Shown piece by piece: positions 8,755 through 16,650 of a DNA stretch of 64,000 nt. Within the stretch, counting starts at the first letter, position 1. Each line of letters starts with the position of its first letter. A program made the translations under genes and the position numbers. The notes under the pieces are model-generated. The model did no database searches and was not told where the DNA came from. It saw only the letters and a list, made by a program, of their open reading frames with translations. Source of the DNA: Candidatus Komeilibacteria bacterium CG11_big_fil_rev_8_21_14_0_20_36_20 (GTDB lineage Bacteria; Patescibacteriota; Patescibacteriia; UBA1558; GWA2-36-10); assembly GCA_002787405.1 (NCBI GenBank), contig PCWQ01000009.1:132-64131 (forward strand), in the 5' to 3' direction.

Positions 8755-11484
8755 TTATTTTTTTAAATAATGTTTTAACTGGCCCCAGTTTGCGCCTACT
8801 TCAGCATCAACAACTAGAGGAATTGGCAACTGATAGATATTTTCCATAGTTTTTTTAGTGAATTTAACTACCTGATCTATGTCTGTTTGGGGCACTTCTA
8901 AAACTAATTCATCATGAACCTGTAGGACTATTTTAGTGTGGGAACTGATTTTTGGCAAATCTTGATTAACTTTAATCATAGCCATCTTCATGAGATCTGC
9001 GGCCGTGCCTTGTAGTGGCATATTAATCGCCATGCGTTCGGCGGTCGCTCTTAACATTGGCATTGATGAATTAATTTCCGGCAAATAACGGCGGCGACCA
9101 AATAATGTCTGGGCATAACCATGACGATGGGCAAATTGTTTAGTATGATCAATATATTTTTTAATATTTTTGTAAATATCAAAATATTTTACTATAAACT
9201 CTTTAGCTTCATTTCGATTTAAATCAGTTCTTTGAGCTAGCCCCAGTGAACCTAGACCATAGAGTACTCCAAAATTAACCTCTTTGGCTGTGCGGCGGAT
9301 TTCTTTAGTTACTTTTTCTAGAGGAATTTTATGAATTTCCGCAGCAGTCCGAGCATGAATATCTTCACCTTTTTTAAAACTAGCCATCATTTTAGGATCT
9401 TTAGAAATAGCAGCTGCTAAACGCAACTCAATCTGTGAATAGTCAACTGAAAGAAGCACAGAATTTTTCGGTGCCACAAAAGCATGGCGAATCTGTCGCC
9501 CTAAAGCCGTACGAATCGGAATATTTTGCAGATTAGGATTTGATGATGATAATCGACCGGTGGCTGTAATAGTTTGATTGAAGTTAGTATGGAGGCGATG
9601 AGTTTTCTTATTGATCAGCTCCGGTAAAGCAGTAATGTAAGTGGATTGCAATTTAGTTAGTTCTCGATATTCAATAATTAGTGGAATAATCGGATGAGAA
9701 TTTTTCATTTTGTCTAATTCAGCCGCAGCAGTCGATAATCCGGTTTTAGTTTTTTTAATTTTAGCTGAACTGATATCTAGTTTTTCAAATAAAACTTCTT
9801 TAAGCTGAAGAGGCGAGGAAATATTAAATTCCTGTCCCGCTGATTTAAATATTTTTTGGCTGATTTTTTTAATTTCTTTAGTAAATTCCTTCTCCATTTT
9901 ATGTAAAAATTCAATATCTAAATCCACACCATTAAGTTCTATTTGGGCTAATATTGGCGCTAAAGGTAGTTCAATTTTCTGTAATAAATCAAAATTTTTA
10001 TTATCTTTAATAATCGGAAGTAATTTATGATAAAGTCGTAAAGTAATATCAGCATCCTCAGCTGCATACCAAGCTAATTTAGCTAAAGGAATATTATTGA
10101 CATTGATTTCGTTCTTTTTCTTTGGTTTTTTTTCAAGGAGGTCAGCTAATTTTAATTTTTTATACCCTAAATAATTAAAAGATAGTTCCTCTAGTCGTAG
10201 GCCCATATTTAAGTTGATTAAATATCCAGCTAACATCGTGTCAAAGACTACTCCCTGAAAATTTATATTTAAAACTTTAAAAACCTTGTATTCAAATTTT
10301 GTATTATGACCCACCTTAGCTATTGTTCGATCCTCTAAAAGTGGCTTTAGTTTTTGCATAGCCAATTTTTTGAGGTCATTATTTTTAAAATTAATATAAA
10401 AACCATTTTTAGCTTGCCAAGAAAATGACAGACCTAATATTTCCGCAGTTAAGACATCTAAGCTAGAAGTTTCAGAATCTACAGCAATTAATTTTTGTTT
10501 TTTTAGCTGTTGATAAAATTTTTCAAAATCTTTGGAATTATTAATCAACTGATAATCGTTTTCTTTATTTAGAGTTAATGGATTATTATCAACACCAGAC
10601 TGTTGGTGGGGAATTTTTTTTAATAAAGAATTAAATTCCAGCTTTTGAAACACCCGATAGACTTTTTCCGGATCAAAGTCAGAAAAGGTAGCTTCGTCTA
10701 AGCTCCATTTTAGAGGAACATCTTGAACAATAGTTACTAATTTTTGGCTTTCAAAGGCCTCTTTTTTTTGTTCAGTCAATAATTGTCTAGTCCTTTCTTT
10801 TAAATCAGCATTTTTTAATTGACTATAAAGATTTTTGAGATCGCCAAATTGTTTGATTAAATCAAGGGCTCCTTTTTCACCAATGCCCCTGACACCCTTA
10901 ATATTATCTGAAGCATCACCTTGAATCGCTTTGAAATCAATTAATTGTTTTGGTTTTAGTCCGTAACGTTCTTTGACTGCTGCTAAATCATAAGTAATCG
11001 TATCATTAAAACCTCTTTTTAAAGTTAAAACATTAACGCGATCATTAACTAGTTGTAAAGCATCCAGATCACCAGTAATAATTGTGGTTTGCAAATCAGA
11101 ATATTTATTATAAGCTTGCTGACTGATTGTGCCGATAATATCATCAGCTTCAAAACCTTCTTTACTTAGGATTGGTATATTAAATGATTCTAAAACTTCT
11201 TGAGCTAGAGGTATTTGATTATAGAACTCATCAGCTTGTTTGACTCGTTGGGCTTTATATTCAGCGTATTCTTTATGGCGAAATGTTTTGCCGGCTAGAT
11301 CAAATGAAGCAATAATATAATTTGGCTTTAATTCTTTGATAATTTTTAATAATAATGAAGTATAGCCAAAAACAGCATTGACTAAAATGCCGTCTTTAGT
11401 GGTTAAAGGCGGGATGGCATGCCAGGCGCGATGAAGCAAAGCATGGCTGTCGATAATCACTAATTTTTTGAATTTTTTAGGCAT
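8755..11484 (-). CDS. polA: DNA polymerase I
   Basis: 909 aa; 5'-3' exonuclease N-domain; polymerase motifs DYSQIELR and QVHDELV. Confidence 0.9.
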   Translation of the reverse strand: MPKKFKKLVIIDSHALLHRAWHAIPPLTTKDGILVNAVFGYTSLLLKIIKELKPNYIIASFDLAGKTFRHKEYAEYKAQRVKQADEFYNQIPLAQEVLESFNIPILSKEGFEADDIIGTISQQAYNKYSDLQTTIITGDLDALQLVNDRVNVLTLKRGFNDTITYDLAAVKERYGLKPKQLIDFKAIQGDASDNIKGVRGIGEKGALDLIKQFGDLKNLYSQLKNADLKERTRQLLTEQKKEAFESQKLVTIVQDVPLKWSLDEATFSDFDPEKVYRVFQKLEFNSLLKKIPHQQSGVDNNPLTLNKENDYQLINNSKDFEKFYQQLKKQKLIAVDSETSSLDVLTAEILGLSFSWQAKNGFYINFKNNDLKKLAMQKLKPLLEDRTIAKVGHNTKFEYKVFKVLNINFQGVVFDTMLAGYLINLNMGLRLEELSFNYLGYKKLKLADLLEKKPKKKNEINVNNIPLAKLAWYAAEDADITLRLYHKLLPIIKDNKNFDLLQKIELPLAPILAQIELNGVDLDIEFLHKMEKEFTKEIKKISQKIFKSAGQEFNISSPLQLKEVLFEKLDISSAKIKKTKTGLSTAAAELDKMKNSHPIIPLIIEYRELTKLQSTYITALPELINKKTHRLHTNFNQTITATGRLSSSNPNLQNIPIRTALGRQIRHAFVAPKNSVLLSVDYSQIELRLAAAISKDPKMMASFKKGEDIHARTAAEIHKIPLEKVTKEIRRTAKEVNFGVLYGLGSLGLAQRTDLNRNEAKEFIVKYFDIYKNIKKYIDHTKQFAHRHGYAQTLFGRRRYLPEINSSMPMLRATAERMAINMPLQGTAADLMKMAMIKVNQDLPKISSHTKIVLQVHDELVLEVPQTDIDQVVKFTKKTMENIYQLPIPLVVDAEVGANWGQLKHYLKK

Positions 11485-11558
11485 ATTTTGTTTATATTTT
11501 AACTACTTTATAATACCATTTATAGTTAGTTATACCAATAGTTTATTCTTATTTTACC

Positions 11559-11586
11559 TTGACTTTTTAGGGTTTTCTTATATAAT
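11559..11586 (+). promoter_or_regulatory. sigma70-like promoter upstream of tRNA cluster (TTGACT, ~16-nt spacer, TATAAT)
   Basis: TTGACT at 11559-11564 and TATAAT at 11581-11586, ~30 nt upstream of tRNA-like 5' end. Confidence 0.5.
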
Positions 11587-11614
11587 GTTTAAGGTATAAA
11601 CATTATTTTTTTAT

Positions 11615-11688
11615 GCGAGTGTAGTTCAGTTGGCTAGAACGTTTCCTTGCTAAGGAAAAGGTCGTCCCGCGTTGCGGGATCACTCGCT
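11615..11688 (+). pseudogene. tRNA-like pseudo-copy: 5' 52 nt identical to tRNA-Gly except anticodon C->U (GCU), with a non-canonical T-arm hairpin GTCCCGCGTTGCGGGAT
   Basis: Cloverleaf can still form (acceptor GCGAGTG/CACTCGC) but the T-loop lacks T54-Psi55-C56 and G53-C61; no CCA; the hairpin CCCGCGTTGCGGG recurs in repeat element 54733-54749. Confidence 0.6.
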
Positions 11689-11707
11689 AGCAATAGTTAT
11701 TTAATAT

Positions 11708-11784
11708 GCGAGTGTAGTTCAGTTGGCTAGAACGTTTCCTTGCCAAGGAAAAGGTCGCCGGTTCGAATCCGGTCACTCGCTCCA
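11708..11784 (+). tRNA. tRNA-Gly (anticodon GCC), CCA encoded
   Basis: Acceptor GCGAGTG/CACTCGC, anticodon loop TTGCCAA, T-arm GCCGG-TTCGAAT-CCGGT, discriminator U, CCA. Confidence 0.9.
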
Positions 11785-11867
11785 CTCGATTCGTCTTTTG
11801 CTTCGCAAAAGTCTCACTCGTGGTCTACGGTGTTTACAACGCCTTCGACCATTCGTTTTGAGGAATT

Positions 11868-11923
11868 GAGTGTCCCGAGCGAAGCCCTCAAGCGAAGTCG
11901 AGAGGGCGTAGTCGAGGGACTAC
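11868..11923. repeat. GC-rich hairpin repeat (GCGAAGC mini-hairpin; motif AGCGAAGTCGAGAG shared with 6147-6344 element)
   Basis: GCCCTCaagcgaagtcGAGGGC and GTAGTcgagggACTAC stem-loops in the spacer between tRNA-Gly and tRNA-Leu. Confidence 0.5.
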
Positions 11924-11940
11924 TATAATTATTAAAATAT

Positions 11941-12026
11941 GCCGGCGTGGTGGAATTGGTAGACACGCAGGACTTAAAATCCTGTGGCCATTGGCCGTAT
12001 CGGTTCGAGTCCGATCGCCGGTACCA
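11941..12026 (+). tRNA. tRNA-Leu (anticodon UAA), long variable arm, CCA encoded
   Basis: Anticodon stem CAGGA/TCCTG with loop CTTAAAA; variable arm TGGCCATTGGCCGTA; T-arm TCGGTTCGAGTCCGA; discriminator A, CCA. Confidence 0.85.
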
Positions 12027-12191
12027 TCCTTAGCCCTAAGGCGAAGGATGTTTCGCGAAGCTTCTTGCCGTCACGTAGCCATAGCTACGCTATGGCGAAG
12101 CACGGTAGCGTAGCGTGGGCATTAAAGTGTTCAAAATATTTTATATACTTAGGCTTCGGATGGCACCGCCATTTATCTAAAAAACAAAAAA

Positions 12192-12212
12192 GACGCTAAG
12201 TACAGCGTTTTT
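12192..12212 (+). terminator. weak hairpin + T-run downstream of tRNA cluster
   Basis: ACGCTaagtacAGCGTtttttt. Confidence 0.35.
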
Positions 12213-12310
12213 TAATACTCTCTTGTTATTTAAATAGAACATTTTCCTATTTCCCGGAATTATTCCTCAAATTCAAAAGGACACCATACTTGATGTCCTT
12301 TTAGATATCT

Positions 12311-13084
12311 CTAAGAGATATTTTTAACTGGGACTACTTTCAGAATTTTGAGGGATACGATTTGGTAATTTAAGACCCCGAAAACACCACCGGCAACCAT
12401 GCCTATTAGTACATTACCCGTAAGATAACCTATACCACTGCCAATGGTCGCATCTATTCCGCAGAGCAGACGAATATCGGAATGAATGAGTAGAAATAAG
12501 AATTTAATAAATCTACCTAAGGTGCAGATGATACTCCATCCGGTTTTGAAAATGAAAGCGATCATAGCCGGCAGATGAGTAATGAATTTATATAGGCACC
12601 AAAGTGGAAGGAAAGTTGCTACAGATATAGGATTGCAATAAAGGGCGATAAGTTGGAAACTTTTTGTTATATTATTTTTCAACTTTGGTTGTTCTATAAG
12701 CGTTATCGTTAAGCCTATTAAAAAAACTAGCGATGTCATCAATCCTAAGAAACTGTACAGTAAGATATCAGGCTTGGCTATTAAAACTTCTCTTTTCGGT
12801 ATCGGATTTAATATAGCTATACCAAGGACGATAGATACTATACTGATATACACGCATATGAAGGCCACGGTGGCCCATTTAACCTCTTTACTTGGCCTCC
12901 AACTCGCAGCATTCCAAGCTTTCGGAACAGCAGCAATCACGGCTTTAAACTCATAGCTTAAATAGCCGGTCAATCCCCCCACAAGTAAACCTATCCACCA
13001 AAGATAGGGATTCATCTGCAAGGCCACAATGGAGCCAATCAAAGCCCCTAGAGCACAAGCCACAAATACTTTAGTAGTGTTCAT
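12311..13084 (-). CDS. polytopic membrane protein, hypothetical
   Basis: 257 aa, ~7 hydrophobic segments. Confidence 0.5.
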   Translation of the reverse strand: MNTTKVFVACALGALIGSIVALQMNPYLWWIGLLVGGLTGYLSYEFKAVIAAVPKAWNAASWRPSKEVKWATVAFICVYISIVSIVLGIAILNPIPKREVLIAKPDILLYSFLGLMTSLVFLIGLTITLIEQPKLKNNITKSFQLIALYCNPISVATFLPLWCLYKFITHLPAMIAFIFKTGWSIICTLGRFIKFLFLLIHSDIRLLCGIDATIGSGIGYLTGNVLIGMVAGGVFGVLNYQIVSLKILKVVPVKNIS

Positions 13085-13264
13085 ACAACACCTCCATAAG
13101 TAATAATTGTAATGTTAATTTCAAATAACTTAGATAAGCTTATTGTAAAAATAGATCGCCAATTTGTCAAGTTGAAATTTTATATTTCCGACTATTTACA
13201 ATTTTGCTAGCAGCATATAAAATTTAAGAGAAATATAATACCCTAATTAAACTTTTAACGCTAT

Positions 13265-13690
13265 ATGAAAATTACAATTTGTGGAAGTGTAAAATTCGCA
13301 GACAAGCTGGTTGAGATTTATCATCAGCTCAAAGTTCTGGGGCATGAGCCCATGATGCACGATGAGATGTTTGGTATTGCCGACGGCACAGCCAAAGAAA
13401 TAATTGAAGGTTTAACTACCAATCACGCGGCTATCAAGAGAAAGTACGGCTTTATCAAATGGTGGCATGATTGTATTAAGAGTGGCGATGCTATTTTGGT
13501 CTGTAATTTTGATAAAAACGGCATTGCCAATTATGTTGGAGGCAATACTCTGATGGAAATAGGTTTTGCGCATGTCAATGACAAAAAAATATTTTTGTTA
13601 AATCCCATTCCTCAAGAAGTTTCATATACTACGGAAATTGAAGCTATGGTTGATAATATTATTGAAGGTGATTTGAATAAAATAGAATGA
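13265..13690 (+). CDS. nucleoside 2-deoxyribosyltransferase-like (NDT/DNPH1 family) protein
   Basis: 141 aa; start MKITICGS and catalytic-Glu-like motif GGNTLMEIGFA resemble the PF05014 family. Confidence 0.5.
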   Translation: MKITICGSVKFADKLVEIYHQLKVLGHEPMMHDEMFGIADGTAKEIIEGLTTNHAAIKRKYGFIKWWHDCIKSGDAILVCNFDKNGIANYVGGNTLMEIGFAHVNDKKIFLLNPIPQEVSYTTEIEAMVDNIIEGDLNKIE

Positions 13691-13694
13691 GATT

Positions 13695-14105
13695 ATGAAA
13701 ATTAGAAATATCGCCATAATCATTTTATATAATTCTCAAAAGAAAATTCTTTTACAGCATCGCAGTGAAGATGCTGAGAGATTTCCCGGGCTTTGGGGCT
13801 GTTTTGGCGGCGGCATTGAAGATGGAGAAACTCCGCTAGAGGCAGCAAGAAGAGAAACTAAAGAAGAGCTAGGCTATTTATTATCCAAACCTAATTTAAT
13901 TTTAACTGAAGAATTTAAGGGTAAGCATCATGACGGCACGCGGCATTTTTTTGTCGAAGAATATAATCCAGCACAGAAATTGGTTTTAGGCGAAGGGCAG
14001 AATATGATGTGGTTGAGTTTTGCAGAAGCTAGAAAGCTGAAACTTTCAGGTATTGCCAGAGAGATCCTAGATCATATAGAAGATAATGAAATTTGGAAAA
14101 AATAA
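13695..14105 (+). CDS. NUDIX hydrolase
   Basis: Nudix box GGGIEDGETPLEAARRETKEELG. Confidence 0.85.
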   Translation: MKIRNIAIIILYNSQKKILLQHRSEDAERFPGLWGCFGGGIEDGETPLEAARRETKEELGYLLSKPNLILTEEFKGKHHDGTRHFFVEEYNPAQKLVLGEGQNMMWLSFAEARKLKLSGIAREILDHIEDNEIWKK

Positions 14106-14106
14106 T

Positions 14107-14523
14107 ATGAGAAGAATAATGATTTTTGGGACGTTTGATTTATTTCATCAAGGGCATCAGAATTTTTTAAAGCAAACTAGAGCCTATGGCGATTATTTGA
14201 TAGTAGTCATTGCTCGTGACCAGACTGTTTTAGAAATTAAAAAAAGAAAATCTCTAAATAATGAAAATAAGAGATTAAAAAATGTCTTAAAAAGTGGGTT
14301 AGCAGACAAAGTAATTTTAGGCAGTTTAGATAATAAGTATCAAGCTATTCAAGAATTTAGGCCAGATATAATTTGTCTGGGCTATGATCAAAAGAATTTT
14401 ATTGATAAGCTGGAAGCAGAATTAGAAAAAATAGGGTTAAATAAAACTAAGATTATTAGGCTCAAAGCTTTTAAGCCAGAGATTTTTAAAGCCTCAAAGC
14501 TAAGATTAAAATTAAAGATTTAA
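14107..14523 (+). CDS. cytidylyltransferase-like nucleotidyltransferase (TagD/RibL family)
   Basis: GTFDLFHQGH (HxGH motif) and GDYLIVVIARD closely resemble glycerol-3-phosphate cytidylyltransferase. Confidence 0.7.
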   Translation: MRRIMIFGTFDLFHQGHQNFLKQTRAYGDYLIVVIARDQTVLEIKKRKSLNNENKRLKNVLKSGLADKVILGSLDNKYQAIQEFRPDIICLGYDQKNFIDKLEAELEKIGLNKTKIIRLKAFKPEIFKASKLRLKLKI

Positions 14524-14530
14524 ATTTTTT

Positions 14531-14791
14531 ATGAAAATAGAGAAAAAAATTTGGCCGGAATTTTTTCAGAAGATTCTGGAGGGGGATAAAACATTTGAAT
14601 TGCGTTTGGCGGATTTTGAATGTCATCCAGAAGACATTTTAGTATTGAAAGAATGGGATCCAAAAACAAAAAAATATACTAGTCGTCAATTAGAGAAAAA
14701 AATAACTTATGTTTTAAAAACAAAAGATGTTAAATTTTGGACTCAAGAGGAGATGGATAAATATGGGTTTCAGATAATTTCTTTTAAATAA
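14531..14791 (+). CDS. DUF3850 / ASCH-like domain protein
   Basis: 86 aa; pattern KIWPEFFQKILEGDKTFELR matches DUF3850 family (ASCH-like). Confidence 0.6.
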   Translation: MKIEKKIWPEFFQKILEGDKTFELRLADFECHPEDILVLKEWDPKTKKYTSRQLEKKITYVLKTKDVKFWTQEEMDKYGFQIISFK

Positions 14792-14842
14792 TATATTAAT
14801 TATTAAAACAACTGGAAAGAGCTGTTTTTTTGTTTAATAAAA

Positions 14843-14864
14843 AATCAAGTTAATTAACTTGATT
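14843..14864. promoter_or_regulatory. 22-bp perfect palindrome AATCAAGTTAATTAACTTGATT (terminator-like hairpin or protein-binding site)
   Basis: Perfect inverted repeat between the operon end (14791) and tRNA-Cys. Confidence 0.35.
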
Positions 14865-14905
14865 GATTTGGCCGAGCCAGCCCTAGTTTTGAAGAAGCGA
14901 AGACT

Positions 14906-14978
<73 letters not shown>

Positions 14979-15030
14979 AAATATAAAATAACTTAACAGA
15001 TTTTATAATTTTAGGCAAGCATTAGCTTCA

Positions 15031-15207
15031 AGAAAATTTTTCTTTAAATTCATTTTCCTCTCTTACAAAAAATCCCCAGCCAAACTTATCACGATATTTA
15101 CCAAAGTAGAGTATCATTTTTTGTCCATCGTTAGAATTGGTAGCGTTGGTTATTTTACATATTTTTAAATAATGACATTGGCTTTTATGATGTTTAACTA
15201 ATTTCAT
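15031..15207 (-). CDS. small hypothetical ORF (58 aa) just downstream of IMPase gene
   Basis: ORF only; below the 60-aa track cutoff. Confidence 0.2.
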
Positions 15208-15216
15208 TTTATTATA

Positions 15217-16011
15217 CTAAGCAAATTTTTTAACGTATTTTAAAATTTGTAGATGAAGTTTTTTATTGCTAGCCACTAAATTTTTAGAATTAGGAGTCCA
15301 TTGATGGCCTTTAAAATCAGTAACAATACCACCAGCTTCGCGGACTAATAAGACTCCAGCTGCTAAATCCCAGATTTTACCACCAGGCAAAATTAAAGCA
15401 TCAGTGTGCCCGCCAGCGACCATAGCCAACTCCAAGGTAGTGCTGCCAAAATGGCGGATATTGGTTGTGCGAGGGTGAAAATACTCATAGATTTGAAAAG
15501 CTTTTTTATAGTTACTTGGGCCGGCTCCGTGGCAATAATTAATAAAAGATTTGTTGAGTTTAGAAATAGAAGAAATTTTTATTTTTTTATTATTTTTATA
15601 GGATCCTTTATTTTTAATTGCCCAATACATTTCATCAAGCAGAGGCATAAAAGTAATGGCCATTACTATTTTATTTTGGTAAAGTAGAGCAATAGAAACA
15701 GAAAAAATTGGATTATGAACTGTAAAATTATGAGTGCCATCAAGAGGATCCACCACCCAAGAGCATTTATTTTTCTGGCTATCTAGGCCACTTTCTTCAG
15801 ATAGACTGCCATAGCTTGGGAAATGTCTTTTAAGATGTTTAAAGATTATATCTTCTACTTTCTGGTCGCAACGGGTCACCATCTCGCGCGGACTTTTGTA
15901 TTTTTCTCCGCCGCGTTGGTATTTAAAAAATTCTTTTTTTAAATATTGACCTGCTTCTCGGGCAGCCTGTTGGGATATTTTTAATTCTTTTTGGTACATT
16001 TTATATTTCAT
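15217..16011 (-). CDS. inositol monophosphatase family protein (SuhB-like)
   Basis: Motif WVVDPLDGTHNF. Confidence 0.8.
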   Translation of the reverse strand: MKYKMYQKELKISQQAAREAGQYLKKEFFKYQRGGEKYKSPREMVTRCDQKVEDIIFKHLKRHFPSYGSLSEESGLDSQKNKCSWVVDPLDGTHNFTVHNPIFSVSIALLYQNKIVMAITFMPLLDEMYWAIKNKGSYKNNKKIKISSISKLNKSFINYCHGAGPSNYKKAFQIYEYFHPRTTNIRHFGSTTLELAMVAGGHTDALILPGGKIWDLAAGVLLVREAGGIVTDFKGHQWTPNSKNLVASNKKLHLQILKYVKKFA

Positions 16012-16501
16012 TTAAGAAAATTAATTTTGATTTCATATCATCTAGATCTATAAGGGCAAAAGAAGGGGAGTAGAGAAGGTTAGCGATGTTGCCTGGATTT
16101 AAAATTCGGGTGCCTTGATAATATTCTTCCCAGGGCTGATGAGTATGGCCGTGCAGAGCTAGATCATATTTTTTTTCAGTACTGTTGAGAGCTTGTTTAA
16201 CAATATCTGGATAATGGTTAAAAATAATTTTTCTATTGGCTATTTCTATTTTTCCCAAAGGATCAAATATTTTTATATTTTTTAAATCTTTTAATCGGTC
16301 AACTAGCGTGACGTCAGCGTTACCAATGGCTCCAAAGGTGGGGAAAGGCAGTTGATCAATCTTTTGCCAGACCTCAAAACTTTGTCCGTCTCCGGTAAAA
16401 ATTAAATAATTGACTTCGGTTTTTTTTAGAATATATTGCAAAGCTTTATCCAAATTAGCCAAGTTATCATGAATATCAGAAATAACTGCTAGTTTTTTCA
16501 T
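16001..16501 (-). CDS. metallophosphoesterase (YfcE/MJ0936-like)
   Basis: VISDIHDN ... GHTHQP motifs; overlaps downstream IMPase gene by 11 nt (operon). Confidence 0.75.
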   Translation of the reverse strand: MKKLAVISDIHDNLANLDKALQYILKKTEVNYLIFTGDGQSFEVWQKIDQLPFPTFGAIGNADVTLVDRLKDLKNIKIFDPLGKIEIANRKIIFNHYPDIVKQALNSTEKKYDLALHGHTHQPWEEYYQGTRILNPGNIANLLYSPSFALIDLDDMKSKLIFLNEI

Positions 16502-16650
16502 CCTATTAGAAATTAATTATGATTTTTACTTTTGTCCCGAAGAAGATTTAGTGTTTTAATTTCTGACGGGATCCATATTATTATAACATATTTAGTTATA
16601 AAAGCAGCCAGGTAAAAGTTTACCCAGCTGCTTTAGTGATGTTATTAAGT

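Noticed and set aside
11615-11688. Interpreting the upstream tRNA-like copy as a functional tRNA-Ser(GCU)
   Set aside because: Ser tRNAs need a long variable arm. This unit has the Gly-type short variable loop, a T-loop without the universal T54-Psi55-C56, and no CCA. It is better called a pseudo-tRNA/chimera.
11740-12199. Track ORFs 11740..11928 and 11984..12199 (62 and 71 aa)
   Set aside because: They overlap tRNA-Gly / tRNA-Leu and the GC-rich hairpin spacers. The open frames arise because GC-rich sequence has few stop codons.
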